DNA from: a virus
Length of the DNA: 64,000 nt
Strand: one strand, 5' to 3'
Virus record (IMG/VR): IMGVR_UViG_3300035001_000008
Coordinates: 1 to 64,000 of that record
In this document: piece after piece, positions 1 through 8,975 of the stretch
Layout of the letters: every line of letters begins with the position of its first letter
Numbering within the stretch: position 1 is the stretch's first letter
Notes under the pieces: model-generated
Seen by the model: the letters and a program-made list of their open reading frames with translations, nothing else
What the model was told of the DNA's origin: nothing
Databases searched by the model: none
Made by a program: the position numbers and the translations under genes

Positions 1-1116
1 TCAGGGGGTAGTTGTCTTCCCCGTCTCCGGATCAACGACCAGTTCTTCACAGTCGCGGTCTGGCTCGATGGTGATGTCTTGAGGCAGAGTGGTGATGCAA
101 AGTTTGGCTAGGGCGAGTTGGTCTTGAGTTAAAGTTGCGCTATACAGGAAAGCTCCTGTGAGGTTGGCACCCTCCAAGTTAGCCCCTGTGAGGTTGGCGT
201 TCCCCAGGGAAGCCCCTGTGAGGTTAGTGTTTTTCAGGTCAGCCCCTGTGAAGTTGGCGCCATACAGTTTAGCCCCTTCGAGCTTGGCGTTCTTCAGGTC
301 AGCCCCTGTGAGGTTGGCGTTCTTCAGGATAGCCCTTCTAAGGTGGGCGCTGTCCAGGATAGCCCCTTCGAGGTTAGCGCTGTCCATGATAGCCTCTGTG
401 AGGTTAGCGCTCTCCAGGTTAGCCCCTTTGAGGTTGGCGCCATTCAGGATAGCCTCTTGAAAATCCAAGCGGGACAGATTCACCCGTCGCAAATCTAAGC
501 TGGACAGATTCTGCCACCTGAAGCTAATAACAGGTGCTGCTGAGAGGTCCTCTGTTTTTGATAAATCTATTGCTAATAAATTTGAAGCTTGAAGAAAATC
601 AATAAGTTGGGTTCTTCTAGAGCGATCTAGTTCACGAAGTGCAGCAACCGTTCGCCCTCGAGCCAACACGATCGCACCCTCATTAGGTGTTTCAGCTAAA
701 AGATTCCGTGCAAAGGTCAGCTCCTCAAGCTTGTCAAAATACGTCTTAAGAACCGCATTCTGATTGGCTTCCCTTTGGAGTCGCCCTGTAACAAAGCTAG
801 TGGCAGCAGCTAAGACTAGAGGAAGCGCCAGTATTTTCATCAATTCTCCCAGGTGGGGCAAGAAGAATAGGAGCCACTTCGGGGCATCCCGGGCTATGAA
901 CCTAAAAACTTGCCTTGTAGATTTGCCGTCTTCAGGGACAAGCCGTTGACTGGCAAACAGCCTCATTTTTGTTGGGCTACGGACAATTTTCTCGGCCTCT
1001 ATCCAGTCACTTCGTTCATCCCCTAGTTCACCCAGCCGTAGCCGTTTGTGATAAAGCTCAAGAGCTATACGCGCGATATCCTCTTGAGGCTTCTCTGCCT
1101 TGGGTTTTCGGGGCAC
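1..1116 (-). CDS. Pentapeptide-repeat protein with N-terminal DUF2934-like domain (host gene)
   Basis: Long A(N/D)LxG pentapeptide run; N-terminal IARIALELY...DWIEAE motif; a TM segment; visibly higher GC than the rest of the window. Confidence 0.9.
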   Translation of the reverse strand: MPRKPKAEKPQEDIARIALELYHKRLRLGELGDERSDWIEAEKIVRSPTKMRLFASQRLVPEDGKSTRQVFRFIARDAPKWLLFFLPHLGELMKILALPLVLAAATSFVTGRLQREANQNAVLKTYFDKLEELTFARNLLAETPNEGAIVLARGRTVAALRELDRSRRTQLIDFLQASNLLAIDLSKTEDLSAAPVISFRWQNLSSLDLRRVNLSRLDFQEAILNGANLKGANLESANLTEAIMDSANLEGAILDSAHLRRAILKNANLTGADLKNAKLEGAKLYGANFTGADLKNTNLTGASLGNANLTGANLEGANLTGAFLYSATLTQDQLALAKLCITTLPQDITIEPDRDCEELVVDPETGKTTTP

Positions 1117-1211
1117 CGATTGCTATCCTCACGACTAACCCATAGCTTCACCTGAGATGGGCCACATTCCAGACGGTCACCGTGAGCGCACCCCAAGGCT
1201 TTAACTAAGGT

Positions 1212-1241
1212 GGCGCGCTCAGCCATATGGCTGAGCGCGCC
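1212..1241. repeat. Perfect 30-bp palindrome
   Basis: GGCGCGCTCAGCCAT|ATGGCTGAGCGCGCC, downstream of tRNA-Phe. Confidence 0.9.
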
Positions 1242-1315
1242 CTGCTCCTACCCGCCTAATCGCGTCACGCAGCAACATATCAGATTAAATTATCGAACTA
1301 GCGAGGCTAGAATAA

Positions 1316-1388
<73 letters not shown>

Positions 1389-1619
1389 TAGGGGCGCAAA
1401 TTTCAGCGCTCAATTAAGATAGCAAGCTGATGTCACCCCTGACAAGGCTATTGGGAAAAAATACTGCAAAATCCTATAAAAACTAGCGTTCAGGTATCGC
1501 TTTAAGCGGCAAAGCCGCAGATACACAAACGTTAACCATTGTCTATGAGTATAGTTACTTATCAAGAGTGACTTAGTAGGCATTTTAGGCTATGTCAGTT
1601 TTAAGTCAGGGTGTCTTAA

Positions 1620-2783
1620 GTGAAAGAGATAACGCCTAAAAATAACAATGGATCCATTGTCTTACGTTTCTCAGTAGCAGGTAACAGATATAGCTTTAAC
1701 CCTTCTCCGGGGGGTAAGTACGGAGATCCTAAGGCTATGGCTAAAGCTCAATCTATAGCCTCTCAGATAGCCCTAGACGTACTCTCAGGCAACTTTGACT
1801 ACACACTTACCCGGTATAAGCCCAATGCCCATGTAGGCCGCACAGTAGCCGATGCTCAGCGTGACTTGGATGAGGCTAGACGTATCCAGTCTGATAGAGA
1901 CTTAGTTAACGCAGTAGACTTACCTGATTTATTCAGGCAATTTACCGTATTCAAATCTAAATCCTTAAAGCTTAATAGCCTCATCGATTACAACCGAATT
2001 CAAAATAAACTTAATCGTTGTCCTTATAAGTTAGCCAAACAAGCTACTGAAATTGTTACTTGGTTAGTTGATGACCATAAAGGTAAAACTACTAAAGGGA
2101 TTGAAAAACAACTTAAATTAATTAACGCTTGTTGTAATTGGGCAGTGAGTACAAGAGTTCTTAAATCAAATCCATTTAAGGGCTTAAAAACACTTATCCC
2201 TTTAACTAAAATAACAGCGAGTAACAAACGATTTTTTACAATTGAAGAACGGGATTTAATTATTGAAGCTTTTGATTCAAGTAGATATTACAAACATTAC
2301 AGCCCGTTAGTTAGATTCATTTTCAGCACTGGATGTAGACCGTCTGAAGCGTTAGCGCTTCAATGGAAACATATTAAGCCGCCTAAAATTAACTTTGTTC
2401 AAAAGTTGACTGATTCAGGAGTAATTGAGTTAGGCACTAAAACTGAAGAAAGAAGGGCTATTACTATGAATGCAAAAATAGCCGCTATTGTGACTGGACA
2501 ACGGAAAGAGAACCAAGCACTTGATAGCCTTTTATTTCCTGCCCCTAAAGGCGGGTTTATCGATTGGCATAACTTTAATAACAGGGCTTGGCAAACTGTT
2601 CTAGAAAGCCTCTCAGGCATTGACTACCTAACGCCATACCACATGAGGCATACCTTTATTAGCCTAGCTCTAAGGGCTGGTGTAGATGCTGTGATGATTT
2701 CAAAATGGGTAGGTAATTCACCAGCAACGATTGCTAAATATTATTTAGGCGACGTTTCAGACATTGAAATGCCCGACATTTAG
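1620..2783 (+). CDS. int: Tyrosine integrase with N-terminal arm-binding (DUF3596-like) domain
   Basis: TGCRPSEALAL (Arg), YHMRHT (HxxR), C-terminal KYY (Tyr). Confidence 0.93.
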   Translation: MKEITPKNNNGSIVLRFSVAGNRYSFNPSPGGKYGDPKAMAKAQSIASQIALDVLSGNFDYTLTRYKPNAHVGRTVADAQRDLDEARRIQSDRDLVNAVDLPDLFRQFTVFKSKSLKLNSLIDYNRIQNKLNRCPYKLAKQATEIVTWLVDDHKGKTTKGIEKQLKLINACCNWAVSTRVLKSNPFKGLKTLIPLTKITASNKRFFTIEERDLIIEAFDSSRYYKHYSPLVRFIFSTGCRPSEALALQWKHIKPPKINFVQKLTDSGVIELGTKTEERRAITMNAKIAAIVTGQRKENQALDSLLFPAPKGGFIDWHNFNNRAWQTVLESLSGIDYLTPYHMRHTFISLALRAGVDAVMISKWVGNSPATIAKYYLGDVSDIEMPDI

Positions 2784-2820
2784 AAAAGCTAAAATAAGGG
2801 TTAGCCCATTAAGTTGATTT

Positions 2821-3252
2821 ATGTCTTATTTAGGCTACCCTGCAATAGAGTTAACTGGCTTTTGGGAGGATACAAAATCTCTCTCAATTCGTCCCATTGA
2901 AGTATCAACTTCTGAAGGTGGGGTAGTTTCTCGCAGTCCTAGAGACTTTATCAATAAAGCTAGGATTACTTGGTCTATATCGGGTGTAGTTAAAAATGGC
3001 TTAGAAGTTGATCAATTTCTGAAAGATTCTGAAAATGCACCATTTGCTTTTACGCCAGGATTTGATGCAGACCCTAAGCTATTTATTTGTAACGAATGGA
3101 ATCTTGAGCTTTTAAGGGTCGATCCTTCCCCTCTATGGAAATTCACTTCTACATTCAAACAAGTTTTTAGGGCAAGGAATACAGATGCCAATCGTTTCGG
3201 AAATTCAGGCATTAAGCCAGAGTACAACTATTCAGTTGTTCACTTTGTCTAA
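2821..3252 (+). CDS. Minor tail protein, lambda gpM/Dit-like
   Basis: FL...PFAFTP...FICNEW...FTSTFKQV pattern; precedes L-K-I-J homologues. Confidence 0.7.
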   Translation: MSYLGYPAIELTGFWEDTKSLSIRPIEVSTSEGGVVSRSPRDFINKARITWSISGVVKNGLEVDQFLKDSENAPFAFTPGFDADPKLFICNEWNLELLRVDPSPLWKFTSTFKQVFRARNTDANRFGNSGIKPEYNYSVVHFV

Positions 3253-3847
3253 TTACAATAGACAAAGCCCTTATGATGAATTTAATTTTACTAACCATGT
3301 AGGTGTAGTTTTTGGCAGCAAAAGCTATGTACCGTTAGCCTGTGGCATTGATAAACTTAAATTAACTTCTGAAGGTACTCAGCCCGAGATTGGGCTTACT
3401 GTGGCTGACAAAGACGCAACAATTACTAAATTAATTCAAGAGTTTAAGCATATTGAAGGTGCAAAACTTAGAGTTGTAATTACTAAAAAGCGATACCTAG
3501 ATGGTCAGCCTCTAGGCGTTGGTCAATTAAGCGATAGAATTATCACTGAATTAAATATGAGAATTGCCCGTAGGCAGTCCCATAAGCCATCAGACGGCAT
3601 TGTATTTGTACTTGGTAATCCCATAGATGTAGAAGGTGTTTTCCTACCCCGTAGGCTAGCCTTGCGTAAGTGTGTATGGGATTACAGAGGGCCACAATGC
3701 GGATACACAGGGACTCGCTACTTCACTAATCAGGGTACTCCCACACTTGATCCTAACGCTGATAAATGCGGTAGAGAAATTTCAGACTGTGATGCAAGAG
3801 CTAATACTGCCCGCTATGGCGGTTTCCCTTCACTCCAAAGGCGCTAA
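3185..3847 (+). CDS. Minor tail protein L
   Basis: C-terminal CxWxYRGPQCGY...DKC..C Fe-S cysteines and GGFP end. Confidence 0.9.
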   Translation: MPIVSEIQALSQSTTIQLFTLSNYNRQSPYDEFNFTNHVGVVFGSKSYVPLACGIDKLKLTSEGTQPEIGLTVADKDATITKLIQEFKHIEGAKLRVVITKKRYLDGQPLGVGQLSDRIITELNMRIARRQSHKPSDGIVFVLGNPIDVEGVFLPRRLALRKCVWDYRGPQCGYTGTRYFTNQGTPTLDPNADKCGREISDCDARANTARYGGFPSLQRR

Positions 3848-3849
3848 AC

Positions 3850-4716
3850 ATGGAACTAAATCTAACTGAACATTTTCCTATTGAAGTAAAAAAAGAGTTA
3901 GCGGCTTATGCCTTAGAAAACTCTGATATTGAAACTTGTGGATTTTTACTTAAAGACGGAACGTTTAAGCCTGCTGAAAATATAGCAGATACGTTTACAT
4001 CACATGAATTAAAAGAAATGGGTTTAGACTTCATCGGTGATTCCGATGCTAGGTCACATGTGTTTGTAATGGATTCAGAAGCTCAATCATTCTTCAGGGA
4101 TAATCCTGATAAGATTGCTGCTGTATTCCATAGCCATTGTAGAGATGATAAACCTGGCTACCTATCAGACCCAGATATTAGAAATTCTAGAGCATCTAAA
4201 ATACCTTACTTGCTTTATCACTGTCACCCTGATATTGATGATTGGGATTTGTTTGATCCAAAAGCCCTACACCCTTATCCATTAAAAGACAGGCGTAAGT
4301 TTCCAATAACTGACGTTGAGTATTATCTTGGGTGGCCTTACAATCATCCGCGCTGTGATTGTCTAACGTTGTTTAGGTCTTACTATAAAGGTGTTTTAGG
4401 TATTCATGTAAACGATTACCCTAGACCTAAATCAGTACGTGATTATATAAAAGGTGTGTGGAATGCCTATGATGAGAATTTAGGTAATGAAGGTTTTGTT
4501 AAAATTGAATCAAGCCTTAAAAAGCACGATTTAATTCTAATGCGGTTAATAGGCACTATTCCACATCATATAGCCATTATGCTAGACCCTGATAAAGGGA
4601 TAGCTTTAGATTTAGACCCTGCCAAAGGTAGCTCTAAGACTTTTGTGTATGGTGGTACTGAACATATTAATCAAACCCATTCAATTTGGCGGCATACGTC
4701 TTTAATCAATGCCTAA
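3850..4716 (+). CDS. Tail assembly protein K (JAB/MPN + NlpC/P60)
   Basis: ETCG, FHSH, LSDPD JAB motifs; DCLTL and HIAI NlpC motifs. Confidence 0.9.
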   Translation: MELNLTEHFPIEVKKELAAYALENSDIETCGFLLKDGTFKPAENIADTFTSHELKEMGLDFIGDSDARSHVFVMDSEAQSFFRDNPDKIAAVFHSHCRDDKPGYLSDPDIRNSRASKIPYLLYHCHPDIDDWDLFDPKALHPYPLKDRRKFPITDVEYYLGWPYNHPRCDCLTLFRSYYKGVLGIHVNDYPRPKSVRDYIKGVWNAYDENLGNEGFVKIESSLKKHDLILMRLIGTIPHHIAIMLDPDKGIALDLDPAKGSSKTFVYGGTEHINQTHSIWRHTSLINA

Positions 4717-5302
4717 TACAAGGATAGTATTACACGGTGAATTAGCGGATATTGCTATCCCTGACTTTGTAGCAAACGTGCATTGCGTAAGGGATGCCGT
4801 TAGATTACTTGAGGTTAATTTCCCTAGGTTCAAACCTTATATGTGCAATGCCCATGAAAATGGCATAGCTTTTTCAGTTAAAGTATTAGACCCTGAAAAA
4901 GAATATTTAGAGAAATGTTGGGAACTTGAAACCGAAGAGTTATTTGATCCTACACAGGGGAAAGAGATTCATATATCTCCTGTGCTGATGGGTTCTGGTA
5001 ACATCGGTAAAATTATTTTAGGTGTTGCTTTAATTGGATTAAGTTTCTCAGGTATTGGCTTACTAGGGTTGTCGCCATTAATGACCGGCCTTATGGGCGG
5101 CTTACTCATTCTCCAAGGTGTGATGGGTGGTAAACCTCCGGCACCTGACCCTAATGAAGAAAATACTAAATCGTTTGTATTTAGTGGTGCTGTAAATACG
5201 GTTTCTAGTGGTACGCGCGTACCAATACTCTTCGGATATGAGCATACCATTGGAAGTATTGTTATTTCAGCAAATATTAGGACGTTTGATATTAGGCAAT
5301 AA
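4709..5302 (+). CDS. Tail assembly protein I
   Basis: LHGEL N-terminus, PVLMGSG, SFVFSGAVNT, VPILFG, GSIVISA. Confidence 0.9.
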   Translation: MPNTRIVLHGELADIAIPDFVANVHCVRDAVRLLEVNFPRFKPYMCNAHENGIAFSVKVLDPEKEYLEKCWELETEELFDPTQGKEIHISPVLMGSGNIGKIILGVALIGLSFSGIGLLGLSPLMTGLMGGLLILQGVMGGKPPAPDPNEENTKSFVFSGAVNTVSSGTRVPILFGYEHTIGSIVISANIRTFDIRQ

Positions 5303-7650
5303 TGGAAAACCCTTTTGAATTTGACCCATTGGATTATCTATTCCAACTTCGCGGTGCAGGCGGAATCATTGGAGGCGGTGGAGGTGGCAAAGGTGGGGGT
5401 GCTAACCGTAGCCCTATTGAGCAGCAAGCCGGTACTCCTAGCTCTGCCTATGCTCAAGTAGTAGAATTATTGTCTGAAGGGCCATGTAGAGGCTTTAGGG
5501 ATGAACAAGATATATTCCTTGAAAATACCCCTATTAAAAATGCAGATGGTACTGAAAACTTCAAAGGTTACGCATTATCTCAGCAAAACGGTTTTAATAA
5601 TCAAGGGCTTCTAAGCGGATTTTCTAGTTTTCAAGGGTCAGAGAAAAGTGTAGGCGTTGAAGTATCTAACGTAATTCCTTCAACCCGTTCAATTATTAAC
5701 AATCAATTAGACGGTGTAATTGTTAGATTTGGTCTTCAATTACAGCGCTTTGAAGAGAACGGGGATATCAATGGTAATACCATGCGATATCAGATTTATA
5801 TCCAGGAAGGTTCAGGGCCATTTACTTTAAGGTTAGACAACACAATTACTGAAAGGTATCCTGATACACGGGAATTTGAACATTATTTTCCCATTAATAA
5901 TCAAAATGGCGCAATAGATAGATTCGCTGTCCGGTTTACTAAAGTCACACCCGATTCAGAATCATCTAAAGTTATTCAAAATTTAAGATGGCAAAGCTAT
6001 ACAGAAGTAATTGATGCTCAATTAACTTATCCAAATAGCTTTGTAGTTGGATTACAATTTAGTGCTGAACAATTTAGTTCAGTTCCTACAAGGTCTTACC
6101 GAATTGGCGGTAGGATGGTGGCTATTCCAACTAATGCTGTAGTTGATACTAACGGCACTAGAAATATTAATAAAGGCTACTCAGGTGGATTAAATTTTAC
6201 AGGTATTTGGGATGGTAATTTATACATCCCTAGCGAACCAACATCCGATGTAGCTTGGCAAGTATATGATTTACTTACCAATGAGGTTTACGGGTTAGGT
6301 AAAACAATTAATCCTAATCAAATTGCTATTTCTGACTTATATGAAATAAGCCAATATAACAATCAAGTTATTAAGGATGGTTTTGGTAACGTTGAGCGTA
6401 GATTTAGATGCTGTACCTACCTTCAATCTAAAGAAGAAGCATTTAAGTATATTCAATCAATGTTGTCTAACTGCAACGCTCATCTTTATTGGGATGGCTC
6501 ACAGTTAAGATTTTGGCAAGATAGACCCGGCATTATCACGCATCAGTTTACCAACGCAGATGTAAGCGATGGTAGCTTTACTTATAGCTCAACTGATATT
6601 AGGTCTAGAAACTCCATTGCCTATGTAACGTGGAATGACCCTGACGACTTCTTTAGACAGGCTGTAGAGCCTGTAGAGCTAGAAGAAGCCGTAGATATTT
6701 ACGGCATTAGAGAAACTGAGTTTACCGCCTATGGCTGCTTCAGTCGTGGTCAAGCGGTAAGGGCTGGCAGGTATCAATTAGCTACTAACTTCTATGAAAC
6801 TGAGACTGTAAACTTTAGAACCCGACATTTAGGCGTTTACTGTAGACCTGGTGACATTATCGCGGTTGCTGATAGCCGTAGGTCGCTAGTACAGGCAGGC
6901 GGCTTAATCATGGAAGCTAGAGCCGATTCAATCAAGCTAGACAGGTCTGTACCACTTAGGGCGGGGGTTCTATACTCAATTCAAATTAAGCTGCCTAGTG
7001 GGGCTGTAGAGTCGCGTAATATAGCTAACCCTACAGGGTCATACACTAGCATTGAAACAACTATTCCTTTTAGTGAAATTCCTAACCCGGAATCAAACTG
7101 GATTGTTGACTTAGTTGATACTCAGTTATTTAGAGTATTGACAATGGAAGCCACAGGCGAAGATTTAAGCGGTATTGAAATAATCGCCGCGCAATATGAG
7201 CCATCCAAGTATGACTTTATTGAAAATGAATTTAGTATTCAGCCTAGGCAGATTCAGTCATTAGCTCCTGTTGTAGCTGAACCTCCTATTAACTTACTAG
7301 GTACGGTTTCAGTAACTAGAAGTTCAACCGGCATTATTTTATCAAACACAATCATTTGTAAATGGCAACCGCCTCCTAACTCTTCTGAATTTGTAACCGC
7401 TTATATTGTTGAACATAAGCGGGGTGTCCTCGGTTCATGGCGAGAAACTAAAACAGTTTATTCAAATCAATTTGAAATTATTGATGCCTTAGATGACAAC
7501 TTTTATTATTTTAGAGTGGCTTGTCTATTAGTGAATGGTAAGGTATCAACTTGGCAAACATCGGCTGAAATCTATATTGGTTACAATGGAATAGGATTGA
7601 ACTTTGAAGATCCATTAGATTTATTGACTTTACCATTAGGATTATTGTAA
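5302..7650 (+). CDS. Central tail fibre / host-specificity protein J
   Basis: LLSEGP, IFLENTPI, WDG, FTAYGCFSRGQAVRAGRY, PGDII motifs; C-terminal FN3-like domain. Confidence 0.92.
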   Translation: MENPFEFDPLDYLFQLRGAGGIIGGGGGGKGGGANRSPIEQQAGTPSSAYAQVVELLSEGPCRGFRDEQDIFLENTPIKNADGTENFKGYALSQQNGFNNQGLLSGFSSFQGSEKSVGVEVSNVIPSTRSIINNQLDGVIVRFGLQLQRFEENGDINGNTMRYQIYIQEGSGPFTLRLDNTITERYPDTREFEHYFPINNQNGAIDRFAVRFTKVTPDSESSKVIQNLRWQSYTEVIDAQLTYPNSFVVGLQFSAEQFSSVPTRSYRIGGRMVAIPTNAVVDTNGTRNINKGYSGGLNFTGIWDGNLYIPSEPTSDVAWQVYDLLTNEVYGLGKTINPNQIAISDLYEISQYNNQVIKDGFGNVERRFRCCTYLQSKEEAFKYIQSMLSNCNAHLYWDGSQLRFWQDRPGIITHQFTNADVSDGSFTYSSTDIRSRNSIAYVTWNDPDDFFRQAVEPVELEEAVDIYGIRETEFTAYGCFSRGQAVRAGRYQLATNFYETETVNFRTRHLGVYCRPGDIIAVADSRRSLVQAGGLIMEARADSIKLDRSVPLRAGVLYSIQIKLPSGAVESRNIANPTGSYTSIETTIPFSEIPNPESNWIVDLVDTQLFRVLTMEATGEDLSGIEIIAAQYEPSKYDFIENEFSIQPRQIQSLAPVVAEPPINLLGTVSVTRSSTGIILSNTIICKWQPPPNSSEFVTAYIVEHKRGVLGSWRETKTVYSNQFEIIDALDDNFYYFRVACLLVNGKVSTWQTSAEIYIGYNGIGLNFEDPLDLLTLPLGLL

Positions 7651-8145
7651 ATGGCAGAAGGAACGTATGAATTACCCGTTACAGGTAGAGATAGTAACCT
7701 AGCATCCTTTGATGTTTTTCAAGACGGCCTAGATTCATCAGGTAACGCACTACTACGCTCAATTGTTAAACAAGAGGTTGCATTTACCGCAATTGTCAAC
7801 GCTATTAAAACGGCTGTAGAAACGTCTATTCCCGTTGTAACTGAACCTCTTAAAATTGTTGATACCAATTCTTTCACTGTCGCAGTATCCGCCACTAAAG
7901 CTAACGTAGTCGCAGCCGAACCTAACAGAGGTTCATTCTTTGTTAGAAATATTGGCGCTGAAACTGTTTGGCTACACTTAAAGGTGTCTACAAACGCCAA
8001 TGTAGTAGCAGGCCAGGGTATTCAAATGAATCCCGGTGATGCCTATGAAATCACAGTTAATAACTTGTATACCGGGGCTATCTCTGCTGTATGCGGTGTA
8101 GGTGATACCAGTTCTCTAGCCGGTTTTGAGGGGTATATAGTTTAA
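7651..8145 (+). CDS. Putative tail structural protein
   Basis: Abuts gpJ; beta-rich C-terminus; function inferred from position. Confidence 0.55.
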   Translation: MAEGTYELPVTGRDSNLASFDVFQDGLDSSGNALLRSIVKQEVAFTAIVNAIKTAVETSIPVVTEPLKIVDTNSFTVAVSATKANVVAAEPNRGSFFVRNIGAETVWLHLKVSTNANVVAGQGIQMNPGDAYEITVNNLYTGAISAVCGVGDTSSLAGFEGYIV

Positions 8146-8975
8146 TGCCTTTTTATCCTTCTCCTTCTACATCTGGTAGCGGTGAGGCTGTAGCTATCAC
8201 TGACTATGGTTTTTCTTTACCTGAAGTAACCATAGCTAACAATGTCACTGATATTAATAACGATATTGATTTTAGTGCCGGTAGGCTTATTGTTACTAAC
8301 GGTACTACTAGATTAAGTGCTTTATTTACTGCAAAAACTAAACGCTTAGATGCTGCATGGGTAGCCGGTAATAATGTAGGCGGTTTGGATACGGGTAACA
8401 TTGCTAATACTACTTATCATTGTTACGCCATTTTTAATCCTGCTACCTCAGCAAACGATTTTATTTTCAGCATTTCAGCAACAGCCCCAACCTTACCAAG
8501 TGGTTATACTCACTATAGGCGAGTAGGTTCAATTATTCGCAATGGTGGCTTTTTAGTTCCTTTTATCCAAAGAAGTGATACGTTTCTATTTGTTACTTCT
8601 AGACTGGACGTTGATACCACGATTGCCACTACTCAGACCAATTACACTGTATCTGTACCTTTAGGTATTTCAGTTAGAGTAATTGGAAATTTAGATGCTG
8701 GGTATACCGTTGCTGCATCGAACAATGAATTGTATATAGCTGTGGGTAGTCCTGCTGTTACGCTTCCATCTAACGCATTTAATAACTCAGCCTACAACTA
8801 CTGGGGTTCTACTGCAATTGACTTTAGACAATCTCCTAGCAAAGCTTCTGGGCATTGGATTACCAACACATCAGCGCAACTAGCTTTTATTAAAGCAGGG
8901 CCAGGTGTTTACTCCCTAAATACAAAATTCTATACCCACGGATGGGAAGATATTAACTTAGCCGTAGGTAAGTAA
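8145..8975 (+). CDS. Putative tail fibre protein
   Basis: W..G...GGLDTG.IANTTYHCYAI...PTLPSGYTHYRRVGS segment common in phage fibre proteins. Confidence 0.7.
   Translation: MPFYPSPSTSGSGEAVAITDYGFSLPEVTIANNVTDINNDIDFSAGRLIVTNGTTRLSALFTAKTKRLDAAWVAGNNVGGLDTGNIANTTYHCYAIFNPATSANDFIFSISATAPTLPSGYTHYRRVGSIIRNGGFLVPFIQRSDTFLFVTSRLDVDTTIATTQTNYTVSVPLGISVRVIGNLDAGYTVAASNNELYIAVGSPAVTLPSNAFNNSAYNYWGSTAIDFRQSPSKASGHWITNTSAQLAFIKAGPGVYSLNTKFYTHGWEDINLAVGK

Noticed and set aside
140-460. 15/30-bp periodic DNA repeats (AGCCCCTGTGAGGTTGGCG...) as a CRISPR array
   Set aside because: In-frame codon repeats of the pentapeptide protein; no unique spacers.
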